Positions 24,546 through 34,772 of a DNA stretch of 52,939 nt are shown here, in pieces. The stretch is from Anaerolineae bacterium. GTDB lineage: Bacteria; Chloroflexota; Anaerolineae; B4-G1. Below the pieces are notes generated by a model. That model ran no database searches. It was not told where the DNA came from and saw nothing but the letters and a program-made list of their open reading frames with translations. Position numbers and translations under genes: made by a program. Every line of letters starts with the position of its first letter. Position 1 is the first letter of the stretch. Where the stretch lies: NCBI GenBank assembly GCA_034437315.1, contig DAOTUC010000155.1:1-52939 (forward strand), written 5' to 3'.

Positions 24546-24612
24546 ATCCACCGGCGGCATGCCTGAATGGATGATTGTCACCAACGGCGATTTGGTGTAC
24601 AATCCAGGGGCG

Positions 24613-25125
24613 ATGAGTCATTTATGGACGCCCTGGCGAATGCCATATCTCCAAGGAAAAGAGCCCTTGCCGGACGATTGCCTTTTTTGTATCAAGCCTC
24701 AAGCCGAGGACGATGAAGCGCACATTGTGCATCGCGGGCGCTTCTGTTACGTGATCCTCAACCGTTTCCCCTACAACAACGGTCATCTGATGATTGTGCC
24801 ATACGCTCACGTGGCGACGCTGGAGCGGCTCGATTGTGAATGCACGGCCGAATTGATGGAACTTAGCCAGTTGAGCTTGCAGGTGCTTCGAGAGGCGTAT
24901 GATCCCCAGGGATTCAACGTCGGGATGAACATTGGCGCTGTCGCTGGCGCGGGCGTCGCCGATCATATTCATCTGCACATCGTCCCGCGCTGGGGTGGCG
25001 ATACCAATTATATGACGACTCTGGGGAAAACGCGCATCATTCCGGAATGGATCAATCAAACCTATGAGCAATTATGCCCTCTTTTCGAGCAAATGTGCCA
25101 GCCGCTCACCGAAACGGATACGTAA
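24613..25125 (+). CDS. HIT-family nucleotide hydrolase/transferase
   Basis: NRFPYNNGHLMIVP and histidine triad DHIHLHIVPRW. Confidence 0.85.
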   Translation: MSHLWTPWRMPYLQGKEPLPDDCLFCIKPQAEDDEAHIVHRGRFCYVILNRFPYNNGHLMIVPYAHVATLERLDCECTAELMELSQLSLQVLREAYDPQGFNVGMNIGAVAGAGVADHIHLHIVPRWGGDTNYMTTLGKTRIIPEWINQTYEQLCPLFEQMCQPLTETDT

Positions 25126-26116
25126 CAGACCTATCACATCCGTTCATCTACTGCGCCCCCTCGACCCGGATGATTTGGCTTATCTCCGGCGACAGATCCA
25201 CCCTGACCTGCAAATAACCGTCGGCCCCGATCTGCCGGAACCGCACCGCTATCACGTCCTCGTCGCCGGGCGTCCGCAGCGCGAGCACGTCGCCGCCAGT
25301 CCCAACCTGCACACCTTGATCGTGCCCTGGGCTGGCATCCCCAACGAGACGCGCGAGTTGATGCTCGAATTCCCCCACGTTAGCGTGCACAATTTGCACT
25401 ATAACGCCGTCGCCGTCGCCGAAATGGTCGCGACCCTGATGCTGGCGGCCGCCAAGCACATTGTGTCGGCCGACCGCGCCCTTCGCGCCCACGATTGGAC
25501 GCCTCGCTACCGCCCCACGCCATCCCTCCTCCTGGACGGCAAAACCGCCCTCATCCTGGGATATGGCGCCATCGGACGGCGAGCGGCCCAGATATGCCGG
25601 GGGCTTGGCATGCAGGTGTTGGCTATCCGGCGCGAGCCTGCGACGCCGGGGGAGGGGGACGCTTACGCGAACGAGATCCATCCCCCCGAAACGCTGCATA
25701 ACCTGTTACCCCAGGCCGACGCGCTCATCGTCTGCCTGCCCCACACCCCGGAGACGGATCGCCTGATTGGTGAAGAGGAGCTGAATCTGCTCCCGGACGG
25801 GGCCCTGCTGGTCAACGTGGGGCGCGGCCCTGTGATCGACCAGACGGCTCTCTATCGCGCCCTCAAAGATGGCCCGCTTTACGCCGCCGGGTTGGATGTG
25901 TGGTATAACTACCCCTCTGATGAGGATGCTCGCTCCCACACCCCGCCGGCCGATTACCCGTTCCACGAGTTGGAGAACGTGGTGATGAGCCCGCATCGGG
26001 CCGGACACATCGACGGTAAAGAAGAGGGACGCCTGGATCGGCTCGCTGTGCTGCTCAACGCCCTGGCCCGCGGCGAACCGGCGCCGAACAAAGTCGATCT
26101 CTCCATTGGCTATTGA
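25064..26116 (+). CDS. D-isomer-specific 2-hydroxyacid dehydrogenase family protein
   Basis: NAD-binding ILGYGAIGRRAAQ, LVNVGRGPVIDQTAL, GLDVW and SPHRAG. The start is uncertain: the only in-frame ATG overlaps the HIT gene by 62 nt. Confidence 0.8.
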   Translation: MSNYALFSSKCASRSPKRIRNRPITSVHLLRPLDPDDLAYLRRQIHPDLQITVGPDLPEPHRYHVLVAGRPQREHVAASPNLHTLIVPWAGIPNETRELMLEFPHVSVHNLHYNAVAVAEMVATLMLAAAKHIVSADRALRAHDWTPRYRPTPSLLLDGKTALILGYGAIGRRAAQICRGLGMQVLAIRREPATPGEGDAYANEIHPPETLHNLLPQADALIVCLPHTPETDRLIGEEELNLLPDGALLVNVGRGPVIDQTALYRALKDGPLYAAGLDVWYNYPSDEDARSHTPPADYPFHELENVVMSPHRAGHIDGKEEGRLDRLAVLLNALARGEPAPNKVDLSIGY

Positions 26117-26147
26117 TGACGACCACCGACTCAGGAGTAAACGATTA

Positions 26148-27683
26148 ATGCAATCCTCAACTTCCAACGACCGCCTCAATGTGCGCCTCAGCGGCATTCT
26201 GTTACACCCGACCTCGCTGCCGGGCCGATTTGGCGTCGGCGATTTCGGCGACGAAGCGTACCGGTTCGTGGATTTCCTGGTCGCCGCCGGGCAATCCTAC
26301 TGGCAAATGCTGCCCTTGAATCCCACCGGCTACGGCGACTCTCCCTACCAGACCCATTCCGCTTTCGCCGGGAACCCGATGCTCATCAGCATCGAGCGAC
26401 TGATGCAGGCGGGTTATCTGACGGAGGCGGATATATCCGATACGCCCCACTTTCCAGACGATCGGGTGGATTTCGGGGCGGTGAACCATCACAAGCGGCG
26501 TTTGCTGAAGCGGGCTTTCGCCAATTTCAGAAGCAGCGCCTCGGATAAAGCGCGCCAATCCTTTCTAGCCTTCTGTGAGGCGCAACGCGACTGGCTCGAC
26601 GGGTTCGCCCTATTTATGGCGCTCAAGGAGGCCCACGACCTGGAACCCTGGCTGGCGTGGGAGGATGAGCTGGTCTATCGCCGCACCGAGGCGCTGTCTC
26701 GCTGGCGCGACCGGCTGAGCGAGGCGATAGAAGAGCACCAATATATCCAATGGCAGTTTTTCGAGCAATGGCTGGCGCTCAAGCGATACGCCAACGAGCA
26801 GAACGTCCACATCATCGGCGATATTCCCATCTTCGTTTCGATGGATAGCGCCGATGTGTGGGCCAATCCTCAGCTGTTCCACTTCGACGAGGAACGCCAG
26901 CCCACCGTCGTCTCCGGCGTGCCCCCGGACTACTTCAGCGAGAACGGCCAATTGTGGGGGCATCCGCTCTATCGCTGGGACGTGATGGCGCAGAACGATT
27001 ACGCCTGGTGGATCGACCGTTTCCGCATGGCTTTCACCCAGTCCGACGTCGCGCGCATCGACCATTTCCGCGGCTTCTACAACTACTGGGAGTCGCCGGC
27101 CGGCGCCGAGACGGCGGTCGATGGGCGCTGGGTCCGCGGTCCCGGGGCCGAATTCTTTCGCGCCGTCACCGACGCCCTGGGCCAAGTGGCCATCATCGCC
27201 GAGGATCTGGGCGATTTCGACGAAGAATCCCGCGCCGGCGTGGACGCCCTGCAGGAGGAATTCGGTTATCCAGGGATGAAGGTGCTCCAGTTCGCCTTCG
27301 CCGGCGACCCTGACAACTCGTTCTTGCCCCATACATATATCCCCGATTGTATCGCCTACACCGGCGCCCACGATAATGACACGGTCGTCGGCTGGTACCA
27401 GACCACCTCTACTGAGGCGGAGCGGGATTATGCCCGCCGTTACCTGGCCCGCGATGGGTCTGACATCGCCTGGGATTTGATCCGGCTGGCCTGGTCATCG
27501 GTGGCGCGCACTGCCATCACCACCGTCCAGGACTTACTGAGCCTGGGCCACGAGGCGCGGATGAACACGCCTGGCGACGTCGGCCCGCCCAACTGGTGCT
27601 GGCGCTTCCGTTCCGGCGCGCTGACGGAGGCGGTCGCCGCGCGCCTCCGCGATATGACCCAAATCTACGGTCGCTTGCCCTGA
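26148..27683 (+). CDS. malQ: 4-alpha-glucanotransferase (amylomaltase, GH77)
   Basis: SGILLHPTSLPGRFGVGDFG, YWQMLPLNPTGYGDSPYQ, RIDHFRGF and IAEDLG. RBS CAGGAG before the ATG at 26148. Confidence 0.95.
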   Translation: MQSSTSNDRLNVRLSGILLHPTSLPGRFGVGDFGDEAYRFVDFLVAAGQSYWQMLPLNPTGYGDSPYQTHSAFAGNPMLISIERLMQAGYLTEADISDTPHFPDDRVDFGAVNHHKRRLLKRAFANFRSSASDKARQSFLAFCEAQRDWLDGFALFMALKEAHDLEPWLAWEDELVYRRTEALSRWRDRLSEAIEEHQYIQWQFFEQWLALKRYANEQNVHIIGDIPIFVSMDSADVWANPQLFHFDEERQPTVVSGVPPDYFSENGQLWGHPLYRWDVMAQNDYAWWIDRFRMAFTQSDVARIDHFRGFYNYWESPAGAETAVDGRWVRGPGAEFFRAVTDALGQVAIIAEDLGDFDEESRAGVDALQEEFGYPGMKVLQFAFAGDPDNSFLPHTYIPDCIAYTGAHDNDTVVGWYQTTSTEAERDYARRYLARDGSDIAWDLIRLAWSSVARTAITTVQDLLSLGHEARMNTPGDVGPPNWCWRFRSGALTEAVAARLRDMTQIYGRLP

Positions 27684-27718
27684 GATAAGGGCCCCAGGTA
27701 AAATGAGATACGAAATCC

Positions 27719-27762
27719 TTGACAAACCCCTCTCTATTTAGTATAATGTAATGACATTATAC
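27719..27762 (+). promoter_or_regulatory. Consensus sigma-70 promoter overlapped by a perfect palindromic operator
   Basis: TTGACA (27719-27724), 17 nt, TATAAT (27742-27747). GTATAATGT-AATG-ACATTATAC (27741-27762) is a perfect 9-bp inverted repeat covering the -10. Confidence 0.65.
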
Positions 27763-27773
27763 TAAACCCCTTC

Positions 27774-27858
27774 AGAGACTATCAAAAATTCGCTCAGAGG
27801 CCAGTCCTCGGGCCGCTTAACGCCTCCGGGATGGCGGCTAGAGCAATTATTTAAGACT
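27774..27858 (-). repeat. ~85-bp palindromic intergenic repeat, copy 3 (inverted)
   Basis: The reverse complement reads AGTCTTAAATAATTGCTCTAGCCGCCATCCCGGAGGCGTTAAGCGGCCCGAGGACTGGCCTCTGAGCGAATTTTTGATAGTCTCT. Confidence 0.9.
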
Positions 27859-27884
27859 TCACCTGATGAAAGTCGAGTGTCAGC

Positions 27885-29375
27885 GTGTCATCCATCAATC
27901 GCGACTCACCCGTTCCAATATATCACCAACTTAAGGCGATCATCCAGGCGCAGATCGAAAGCGGCGTCTGGCGCCCTGGCGATCGCATTCCCACCGAGCA
28001 GGAGCTGTGCCAGCGATATAACATCAGCCGTTCGCCGGTGCGGCAAGCTCTGCAAGAATTAGCATTTGAAGGCTTGCTGCTCCGCCGACCCGGCCTGGGC
28101 ACCTTCGTCGAGGGTGGTGCGACCGCGGAGCTGGCGACCGGTACACTGATCCACACAATGAACTCTGACCCAAACTGGTCGCAGGTGCTGGGCCACGCAT
28201 CTGAAGCCTGGAACGTGACTCATCCGGATCAAAAAATCAAATTCGAGCTCGAATCGGTCAACCACAACGATCTGTACAACTTGTTGAGCACCGCCGTCGG
28301 GAGTGGAACCGCCCCCGACGTGGCGATGGTGGATGGCGTTTGGGTCGCTGGCCTGGCCCAATCCGGCTTTCTGTATGCGCTCCAGAATCAGATGACCGGC
28401 GCGCAATGGAATCACAGCCAGTTTGCCCAGGACCTATACCCGGCCTTCGTCGAGGCGAACTCGTACGCTGGTAAATTGTATGGACTGCCGGCCAAGTCGG
28501 ATGCGTCGTTGCTCTGGTATCGCAAGGATTGGTTTGAGCGAGAAGGGCTCGCGCCGCCGAGTGACTGGCAAGAATTGCTTGACGTCGCCCGGCATTTTCT
28601 TCAACCGGCGGTCCAGGCGCGCTATGATGGGGCGCATCCGCTGATCTTTCCTGGCGGGTTAGCCGCCGGTGAGGCGACCGTTTACAACTTGATGCCCTTC
28701 GTCTGGTCGGCCAGCGGGGAGATTTTCGATGCTGACGGGAACGTGGTGTTGGACGCTCCCGCCACGCGGCGCGCGCTGCAGTTCCTGCGGGACTTGGTCG
28801 CCCTGCATCACGTCAGTCCGCCCGACGTGACAGGTTACGACGAGTATACCAGCCCTCACCTTTTCGCCCGGGGGAAGGCGGCCATGGCCCTCGGCGGCAG
28901 TTACGAGAGCAACCTCATTCTGGAAGTGAGCGGCTGGGGACATGAGACGTTTTCCCGGCGCGTCGGTTACGTCGCGCCGCCCCACGCGCCGGGCAGTCGT
29001 TCTATCTCGACGGTAGGGGGGACGAGTTACGTCGTGCTGCGCCAATGTCCCAGCCCGGCGTTGGTGATGGATGTCTTGCAGGCGGTCACCGATCCGGAAA
29101 TTGTTGGGGATATGTATCGTCAAACCTTACGCAATCTCCCCAGCCCCTCTTTTGACGCCCTGCTCAATCCAGAAACGGACCGATTGCTGATGCAGACGTC
29201 TCGGATGATCGCGTCCGGTCGCGCTCGTCCATCCATCCCTGACTACGTGAAAATTTCACGTCAATTACAAAGTATGTTCGAGACTGTTCTTTCTACTGAC
29301 GTTCCCATCGACGAGTGCTTGCAGCGCACAGCCGAATTCATCGGCGTCATCAGCGAACGACCCTATCAAATCTAA
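27885..29375 (+). CDS. GntR-family wHTH fused to a MalE-like (type 2) solute-binding-protein domain; probable sugar-responsive regulator
   Basis: N-terminus PIYHQLKAIIQAQIESGVWRPGDRIPTEQELCQRYNISRSPVRQALQELAFEGLLLRRPGLGTFV is a GntR HTH. The rest resembles sugar ABC binding proteins (LWYRKDWFEREGLAPPSDWQELLDVARHF, GKAAMALGGSY). No signal peptide. Confidence 0.8.
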   Translation: MSSINRDSPVPIYHQLKAIIQAQIESGVWRPGDRIPTEQELCQRYNISRSPVRQALQELAFEGLLLRRPGLGTFVEGGATAELATGTLIHTMNSDPNWSQVLGHASEAWNVTHPDQKIKFELESVNHNDLYNLLSTAVGSGTAPDVAMVDGVWVAGLAQSGFLYALQNQMTGAQWNHSQFAQDLYPAFVEANSYAGKLYGLPAKSDASLLWYRKDWFEREGLAPPSDWQELLDVARHFLQPAVQARYDGAHPLIFPGGLAAGEATVYNLMPFVWSASGEIFDADGNVVLDAPATRRALQFLRDLVALHHVSPPDVTGYDEYTSPHLFARGKAAMALGGSYESNLILEVSGWGHETFSRRVGYVAPPHAPGSRSISTVGGTSYVVLRQCPSPALVMDVLQAVTDPEIVGDMYRQTLRNLPSPSFDALLNPETDRLLMQTSRMIASGRARPSIPDYVKISRQLQSMFETVLSTDVPIDECLQRTAEFIGVISERPYQI

Positions 29376-29608
29376 AGATTGGCGCTAGCCATCCGATAAT
29401 CATCAACCTCCCGTCGGTTCGCTGTCAGAATTGGCCGAAAATATCAAAACGCGCAAATCGCACCTGTTGATACGGATTCCGAAACAGCGGGGGGTTAGAG
29501 GCGCTGAACAAAGTGAGGAGGTGAGAAGAAGGCAGCCATTCCAAAGTTACGTGATGCGTTAGATTGGTAAGATAGATGTAAATAGTGAGATATAAGAGGA
29601 GAGAAAAA

Positions 29609-30946
29609 ATGAAGAGGCAACTGTTAACCTTAGTAACAGGCTTAGTCGTTCTGAGCGTGATTCTCACGGCTTGCGGGCCCCAGGAGACGCCGACGCCGGA
29701 ACGCATCGTTGAGACAGTCGTCGTTCCAGAGAAGGAAGAAGTGCAAGTAGAGGTCGAGGTTGAGGTCACCCGTGAGGTCGTCACCGAAGTCGAAGCTGAG
29801 GTCGAACCGGTCGAGATCGTTCTCTGGACCAAGGAAGGGGAGGCTGACGGCGGCCTTCAATTCGTCCAATCGTTGGCTGACGATTTCACCGCTTTCAACC
29901 CCCACATCACGTTCAACATTATCAACAAAGACGTGGAGACCCTGCGGGAGGACTTCCTCACCGCCGGTTTGGCCGGCAGCCTGCCCGATCTGTTGTGGAC
30001 GGTCAACGACCACGCCGGGCCTTTCACCGACGCCCAACTCCTGATGGCGGTGGATGACGTATTCGATCTGAGCAAGTACGTCGATGCGGCCCTGGCGGCC
30101 GCCCGGTTGGGCGGACAGACCTGGGGCGTGCCCATCTCCAACGGCAACCACCTGATGCTTCTGTACAACAAGGATCTGATGGAGACCCCTCCGGCGAACA
30201 CCGATGAACTCATCGCGGTGGGGCAGGAGTTGACCACCGGCGATCAATACGGCCTGGTCTACAACCAGACCGAGCCCTTCTGGCTGGTCCCCTGGCTGGG
30301 TGGATTCGGCGGTTCTGTCTTTGCGGAAGATGGCACGACCCCCACCCTCGACACGCCAGAGATGGTCGCTACCCTCCAGTTCCTGTACGATATCAAGTAC
30401 ACCACCCCCATTATCCCGGCCGAGAGCGACTACGACGGCGCCGACACCCTCTTCAAGGAGGGCAAGGCGGCGATGATCATCAACGGCGACTGGTCGCTGG
30501 GTGGATACAAGGACGCACTGGGGGACAGCCTGGGCGTGGCGCGCATTCCCCAGGTCGTGGGCGCGGAATGGCCGCACCCCTATACCAGCGGCACCTACTT
30601 TATGTTGCCCTACACGCTGGAAGGCGCCAGGTTGGAAGCCGTGGTGGACTTCGTTCGCTTTGTCACCAGCGCCAACAACCAGGCGTTGATGATCGCCAAG
30701 CTCAACCGCCTACCGGCCCTTGAGGCCGCTCTGGACGATCCCCTCATCGCCAACGACCCCATTCTCAAGGGATCGGCCGATCAGATGGTCGTCGGCGTGC
30801 CGATGCCCACCGTCACCGAGATGCGTTGCAACTGGGACGCGATGAAGCCGGAGATGCAGGCCGTGCTGGCCGACACCAAGGCCCCTGATGACGCTGCCGC
30901 AGCGATGCAAGAGGCGGCCGAGAATTGTATCGAAAGCCTTGACTAA
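29609..30946 (+). CDS. Sugar (maltodextrin-type) ABC transporter substrate-binding lipoprotein
   Basis: Lipobox VILTAC, Glu/Val-rich linker, and SBP family-1 motifs (LLYNKDLMETPPANTDELI, GKAAMIINGDWS). Confidence 0.9.
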   Translation: MKRQLLTLVTGLVVLSVILTACGPQETPTPERIVETVVVPEKEEVQVEVEVEVTREVVTEVEAEVEPVEIVLWTKEGEADGGLQFVQSLADDFTAFNPHITFNIINKDVETLREDFLTAGLAGSLPDLLWTVNDHAGPFTDAQLLMAVDDVFDLSKYVDAALAAARLGGQTWGVPISNGNHLMLLYNKDLMETPPANTDELIAVGQELTTGDQYGLVYNQTEPFWLVPWLGGFGGSVFAEDGTTPTLDTPEMVATLQFLYDIKYTTPIIPAESDYDGADTLFKEGKAAMIINGDWSLGGYKDALGDSLGVARIPQVVGAEWPHPYTSGTYFMLPYTLEGARLEAVVDFVRFVTSANNQALMIAKLNRLPALEAALDDPLIANDPILKGSADQMVVGVPMPTVTEMRCNWDAMKPEMQAVLADTKAPDDAAAAMQEAAENCIESLD

Positions 30947-30957
30947 GTCGATTTACA

Positions 30958-30990
30958 GGCGAGGAGGGCGACCCCCTCCTCGCCTCTTTT
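30958..30990 (+). terminator. Intercistronic hairpin/attenuator between the binding-protein and permease genes
   Basis: GGCGAGGAGGG / CCCTCCTCGCC, an 11-bp stem followed by TCTTTT. Confidence 0.7.
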
Positions 30991-31031
30991 GTGTGTATGT
31001 AGACGTGTGTATGTGATGTGTGTATGTAGAC
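30991..31031. repeat. 13-14-bp tandem repeat x3 (GTGTGTATGTAGAC)
   Basis: Units at 30991, 31005 (variant GTGTGTATGTGAT) and 31018, immediately upstream of the permease RBS GAGGAGG. Confidence 0.85.
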
Positions 31032-31044
31032 GAGGAGGAAGTAA

Positions 31045-32268
31045 ATGGAATACTTGACGTTTGAAGTCATCTGGGGCGCTTTGCAAGAGGTGGGCGGCAC
31101 TGTTCTCTACATCCTCGTCGGGACAGCCTTACTCGAAATTCTGGTCTACCTTCTGTGGACCCCCCTGGGCAAGTTCAGCCAGATGATGGATCGGGGGATC
31201 AAACCGGTGGGCGATATGCTCCGTCATCTCATATCGGGCCTGCTCATCCTCGGCACCGTTGCCTTCGCCGTCGCAATGGTCAGCCCCGGTCAAGCACCAT
31301 CGCCCCTATCCGGCTATTGGCCTGTGCCAATCGCAACTTTTTTGTTCGGGCTTTTTATCTCCCCACTGGCCCCCACGATATTCAGTCAGAAACTCCGTTT
31401 GCCCTATATGCTGCTGGCGCCGGCCATTGTGGGGCTTTCGTTATTGGTCGTCTACCCCCTGCTGTGGGAATTGAACGTCTCATTCACCAACTTGAACCCC
31501 CGGAATTTCAGGTCGCCGAACTTCGTCGGGTTGGCGAATTACGTCGAGGTCTTCACCAGACCGGTGCTCAAGCAGGTGATGTTCTTTCCCGTGTTCATGC
31601 GTACCATTCTATGGACGGTGATCAACGTGACCTGTCACATCCTCGGCGGCATGGGGTTAGCGCTGCTGATGAATCGGAAACTCAAGTTGCGCGGCTTCTA
31701 CCGGACCTTGCTGGTATTTCCCTGGGCCATTCCGCAACCGGTGGCCTGCCTGGCCTGGCGAGGCGAATTCCATTTCGAGTACGGTTTTGTGAACATCATG
31801 CTGCAACGTCTGGGCTTCGCGCCCATCCAGTGGATGAGCAACCCCACGTGGAACTTTGTCGCGATGTGTATCACCAATATCTGGCTGGGCATTCCCTTTA
31901 TGATGGTCATTATTCTGGGAGGCTTACAATCCATCGCCGGTGAATACTACGAAGCGGCCGAAATTGACGGCGCATCGGGATGGCAACGGTTCACCAACAT
32001 CACACTTCCCCTTCTGCGACCTGTATTGACGCCCGCCATTATTCTGGGCGCCGTCTGGACCTTTACGAATTTCAACGTGCCTTTCTTCATCAACCAGAAT
32101 GAGTTGGAAACCAGCGACACCTTGGTGACCGCCCTCTTCCGCTCGGCGTTCCAATACTTCAACCTGGGCAATGCGGCGGCCTTCGCCTTCGTGAACTTCG
32201 CTATACTGCTCATCTTTTCCATTCTTTACATCCGGGTCACCGGAGGAGTGAAAGGAGCGACCGAATGA
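31045..32268 (+). CDS. Sugar ABC transporter permease (MalF-like)
   Basis: Multi-TM protein with the EAA-type loop YYEAAEIDGASGWQRFTNITLPLLRP. Confidence 0.9.
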   Translation: MEYLTFEVIWGALQEVGGTVLYILVGTALLEILVYLLWTPLGKFSQMMDRGIKPVGDMLRHLISGLLILGTVAFAVAMVSPGQAPSPLSGYWPVPIATFLFGLFISPLAPTIFSQKLRLPYMLLAPAIVGLSLLVVYPLLWELNVSFTNLNPRNFRSPNFVGLANYVEVFTRPVLKQVMFFPVFMRTILWTVINVTCHILGGMGLALLMNRKLKLRGFYRTLLVFPWAIPQPVACLAWRGEFHFEYGFVNIMLQRLGFAPIQWMSNPTWNFVAMCITNIWLGIPFMMVIILGGLQSIAGEYYEAAEIDGASGWQRFTNITLPLLRPVLTPAIILGAVWTFTNFNVPFFINQNELETSDTLVTALFRSAFQYFNLGNAAAFAFVNFAILLIFSILYIRVTGGVKGATE

Positions 32269-33164
32269 AAGCGGCTGTATTACCCAAACGTCAGGAGAGA
32301 AGCGCCTGGCAACGTTTCTTCCAATCAGGCCGAGAGGACAGCCCGTTTAAACGCCTGCTCATCCACCTGACGCTGATCGTATGTTGCATCATCGCCGTCT
32401 ACCCGGTGTTGCGGATCGTGAGCATCTCTCTCCGACCCGGCGATCGCTTGCTCTCCACCTCCCTGGCGATCATTCCAGAGGACGCCACCCTCGACGCTTA
32501 CAAGACCGTGCTCCTGGAGAAGGAATTCCCGGTCTGGATATGGAATAGTATCACCATCACGTCGGCCACAGCCGTCATCGGCGTTATCCTGGCAGCGACG
32601 TCGGCCTACGCTTTCTCCCGTTGGAAGTTCCCCGGTCGACGGCCCGGCCTGGTGTTCCTGTTGGCCACCCAGATGTTGCCGGCGCCGATGATGATGGTGC
32701 CGATCTACATCCTGGCGATCAAGCTTGGATTGACCCAGACCTATCGGGGATTGGTCATCGCCTATTCTGTCTCATCGGTGCCTTTCAGCATCTGGATGCT
32801 CAAGGGCTATTACGACACCATCCCCCACGAGTTGGAGGAGGCGGCCCTCATCGATGGCGCCTCGCCGATGCTGTCTTTCTGGCGCATCATCCTGCCGCTC
32901 TCCACGCCGGCGCTGGCTATCGTTTTCCTCTTCAGCTTCATGTCGGCGTGGACCGACTACCTCTTCGCCCGGGTGATGATCGCCAGCGAGACTGAACTGT
33001 GGACCTGGGTGCTGGGCGTGCGAGATTTCCAGAGCCAGTTTCAGACTCAATGGGGACTCTTCTCGGCGGCGTCCGTCCTGGTAGCGATTCCGGTGATGGC
33101 TCTCTTCCTCTACTCGTCCAAGTGGCTCGTCTCCGGGTTGACGCTGGGCAGCGTGAAGGGGTAG
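32265..33164 (+). CDS. Sugar ABC transporter permease (MalG-like)
   Basis: Start/stop overlap with the MalF-like gene. EAA loop LEEAALIDGASPMLSFWRIILPLSTP. Confidence 0.9.
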   Translation: MKAAVLPKRQERSAWQRFFQSGREDSPFKRLLIHLTLIVCCIIAVYPVLRIVSISLRPGDRLLSTSLAIIPEDATLDAYKTVLLEKEFPVWIWNSITITSATAVIGVILAATSAYAFSRWKFPGRRPGLVFLLATQMLPAPMMMVPIYILAIKLGLTQTYRGLVIAYSVSSVPFSIWMLKGYYDTIPHELEEAALIDGASPMLSFWRIILPLSTPALAIVFLFSFMSAWTDYLFARVMIASETELWTWVLGVRDFQSQFQTQWGLFSAASVLVAIPVMALFLYSSKWLVSGLTLGSVKG

Positions 33165-33240
33165 CGTCAAGTTCTGATCGCTAGACCGGCCGAGCCGCGC
33201 CGGTCGTAAACTTAATCTACGAGAAATATGGAGGCAACCC

Positions 33241-34761
33241 TTGACCGACGTCCACACCCCCGAATGGGTCAAAGACGCTGTGTTCTACCAGATATTCCCC
33301 GACCGTTTCGCCAAGAGCGATCGGGTCGCCAAGCCGTCCAACCTGGAACCGTGGGATTCGCCCCCCACCACGTATGGCTTCAAGGGGGGCGACCTGCGGG
33401 GCGTCGCCGAGCGCCTGGACTATTTGGAAGACCTGGGCGTCACAGCCATCTACTTCAACCCGATTTTCCAATCGGCGGCTAACCATCGCTATCACACCCA
33501 CGATTATCACCACGTCGACCCCATCCTGGGCGGGAACGAGGCCTTTCGCGAGTTGCTTGACGCCGCCCACGCGCGCGACATCCGCGTGGTGCTCGACGGT
33601 GTCTTCAACCACGCCAGCCGGGGTTTCTATCAGTTCCACCACACCCTGGAAAACGGCGCCGCGTCCCCTTACCTGGACTGGTTTCACTTCAACCTGGAAC
33701 GACTGAAGAATGGGGAGGCCGATCCCTACCCGCCGGGACACAGGATTCAAGACTGGAGCCGCAGCCAGCCCAGCCTGGACACGTACGGTTACCTAGCCTG
33801 GTGGGACCTGCCCGCGCTGCCCAAGTTCAACACCGATACCGAGGCGGTGCGGGATTTTCTCCTCGACGTGGCCCGACGCTGGATCGAATTCGGCGTAGAC
33901 GGCTGGCGGCTCGACGTGCCGGAGGAGATAGACGACGATGACTTCTGGCGAGCATTCCGCCGCGCGGTCAAGGCGGCCAATCCGGAAGCCTACATCGTGG
34001 GCGAGATCTGGGACGACGCGCAGCGTTGGCTCCAGGGGGATCAATTCGACGCAGTGATGAATTACATCTTCAACCGCGCTTGCCTTGGCTTTTTCGGCGG
34101 AGAGGGATTAGACGTCAACCAACGACCCGGCGGTTACGAACTACAGCGCCTGAACGCCTCCCGGTTCGCCGACGAGATGGACCACATGCTGTCGCTTTAC
34201 GGCTGGGAGGTCGTCCAGGCCCAGCTTAACCTCCTCGGCAGCCACGACATGGCCCGCTTCTTGACCCTGGTGGGCGGGGATAAGGCCGCGCTGAAACTGG
34301 CGACCCTGTTCCAGATGACGACGCCCGGCGCACCGTGCATCTACTACGGGGACGAGATCGGCATGGAGGGCCGGGACGACCCCGACTGCCGGCGCGCCTT
34401 CCCCTGGGACGAGGCTCGCTGGGATCACGACCTGCTCGACTGCTTCCGCCGGGCGATTCGCCTGCGCCGCGAACATCCCGCCCTGCGCCGCGGGCGATAC
34501 CATCGTCTCCACACCGACGATCAGCACAACGTCTACGCCTTCGCCCGGCAGAGCGACGACGAAACGCTCCTGATCGTGATCAACAACGACGCAAACCGCT
34601 ACGACCTGGACGTGCCCGTCGCCGGCCTACTCGCCGACGGCGCGACCCTGGAGGATCTGTGGGGAGACCTCCACACCCAGTCGCCTATCACCGTAACTAA
34701 CGACCACATCGCCGGCCCGACCCTGCCGCCAAGGGGCGCGGCTGTACTGAAACCGAGGTAG
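33241..34761 (+). CDS. GH13 alpha-amylase-family enzyme (neopullulanase / cyclomaltodextrinase / alpha-glucosidase-like), cytoplasmic
   Basis: [63 protein letters not shown] and LLGSHD. TTG start after GGAGG. No signal peptide. Confidence 0.9.
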   Translation: MTDVHTPEWVKDAVFYQIFPDRFAKSDRVAKPSNLEPWDSPPTTYGFKGGDLRGVAERLDYLEDLGVTAIYFNPIFQSAANHRYHTHDYHHVDPILGGNEAFRELLDAAHARDIRVVLDGVFNHASRGFYQFHHTLENGAASPYLDWFHFNLERLKNGEADPYPPGHRIQDWSRSQPSLDTYGYLAWWDLPALPKFNTDTEAVRDFLLDVARRWIEFGVDGWRLDVPEEIDDDDFWRAFRRAVKAANPEAYIVGEIWDDAQRWLQGDQFDAVMNYIFNRACLGFFGGEGLDVNQRPGGYELQRLNASRFADEMDHMLSLYGWEVVQAQLNLLGSHDMARFLTLVGGDKAALKLATLFQMTTPGAPCIYYGDEIGMEGRDDPDCRRAFPWDEARWDHDLLDCFRRAIRLRREHPALRRGRYHRLHTDDQHNVYAFARQSDDETLLIVINNDANRYDLDVPVAGLLADGATLEDLWGDLHTQSPITVTNDHIAGPTLPPRGAAVLKPR

Positions 34762-34772
34762 AACGTATCAAC

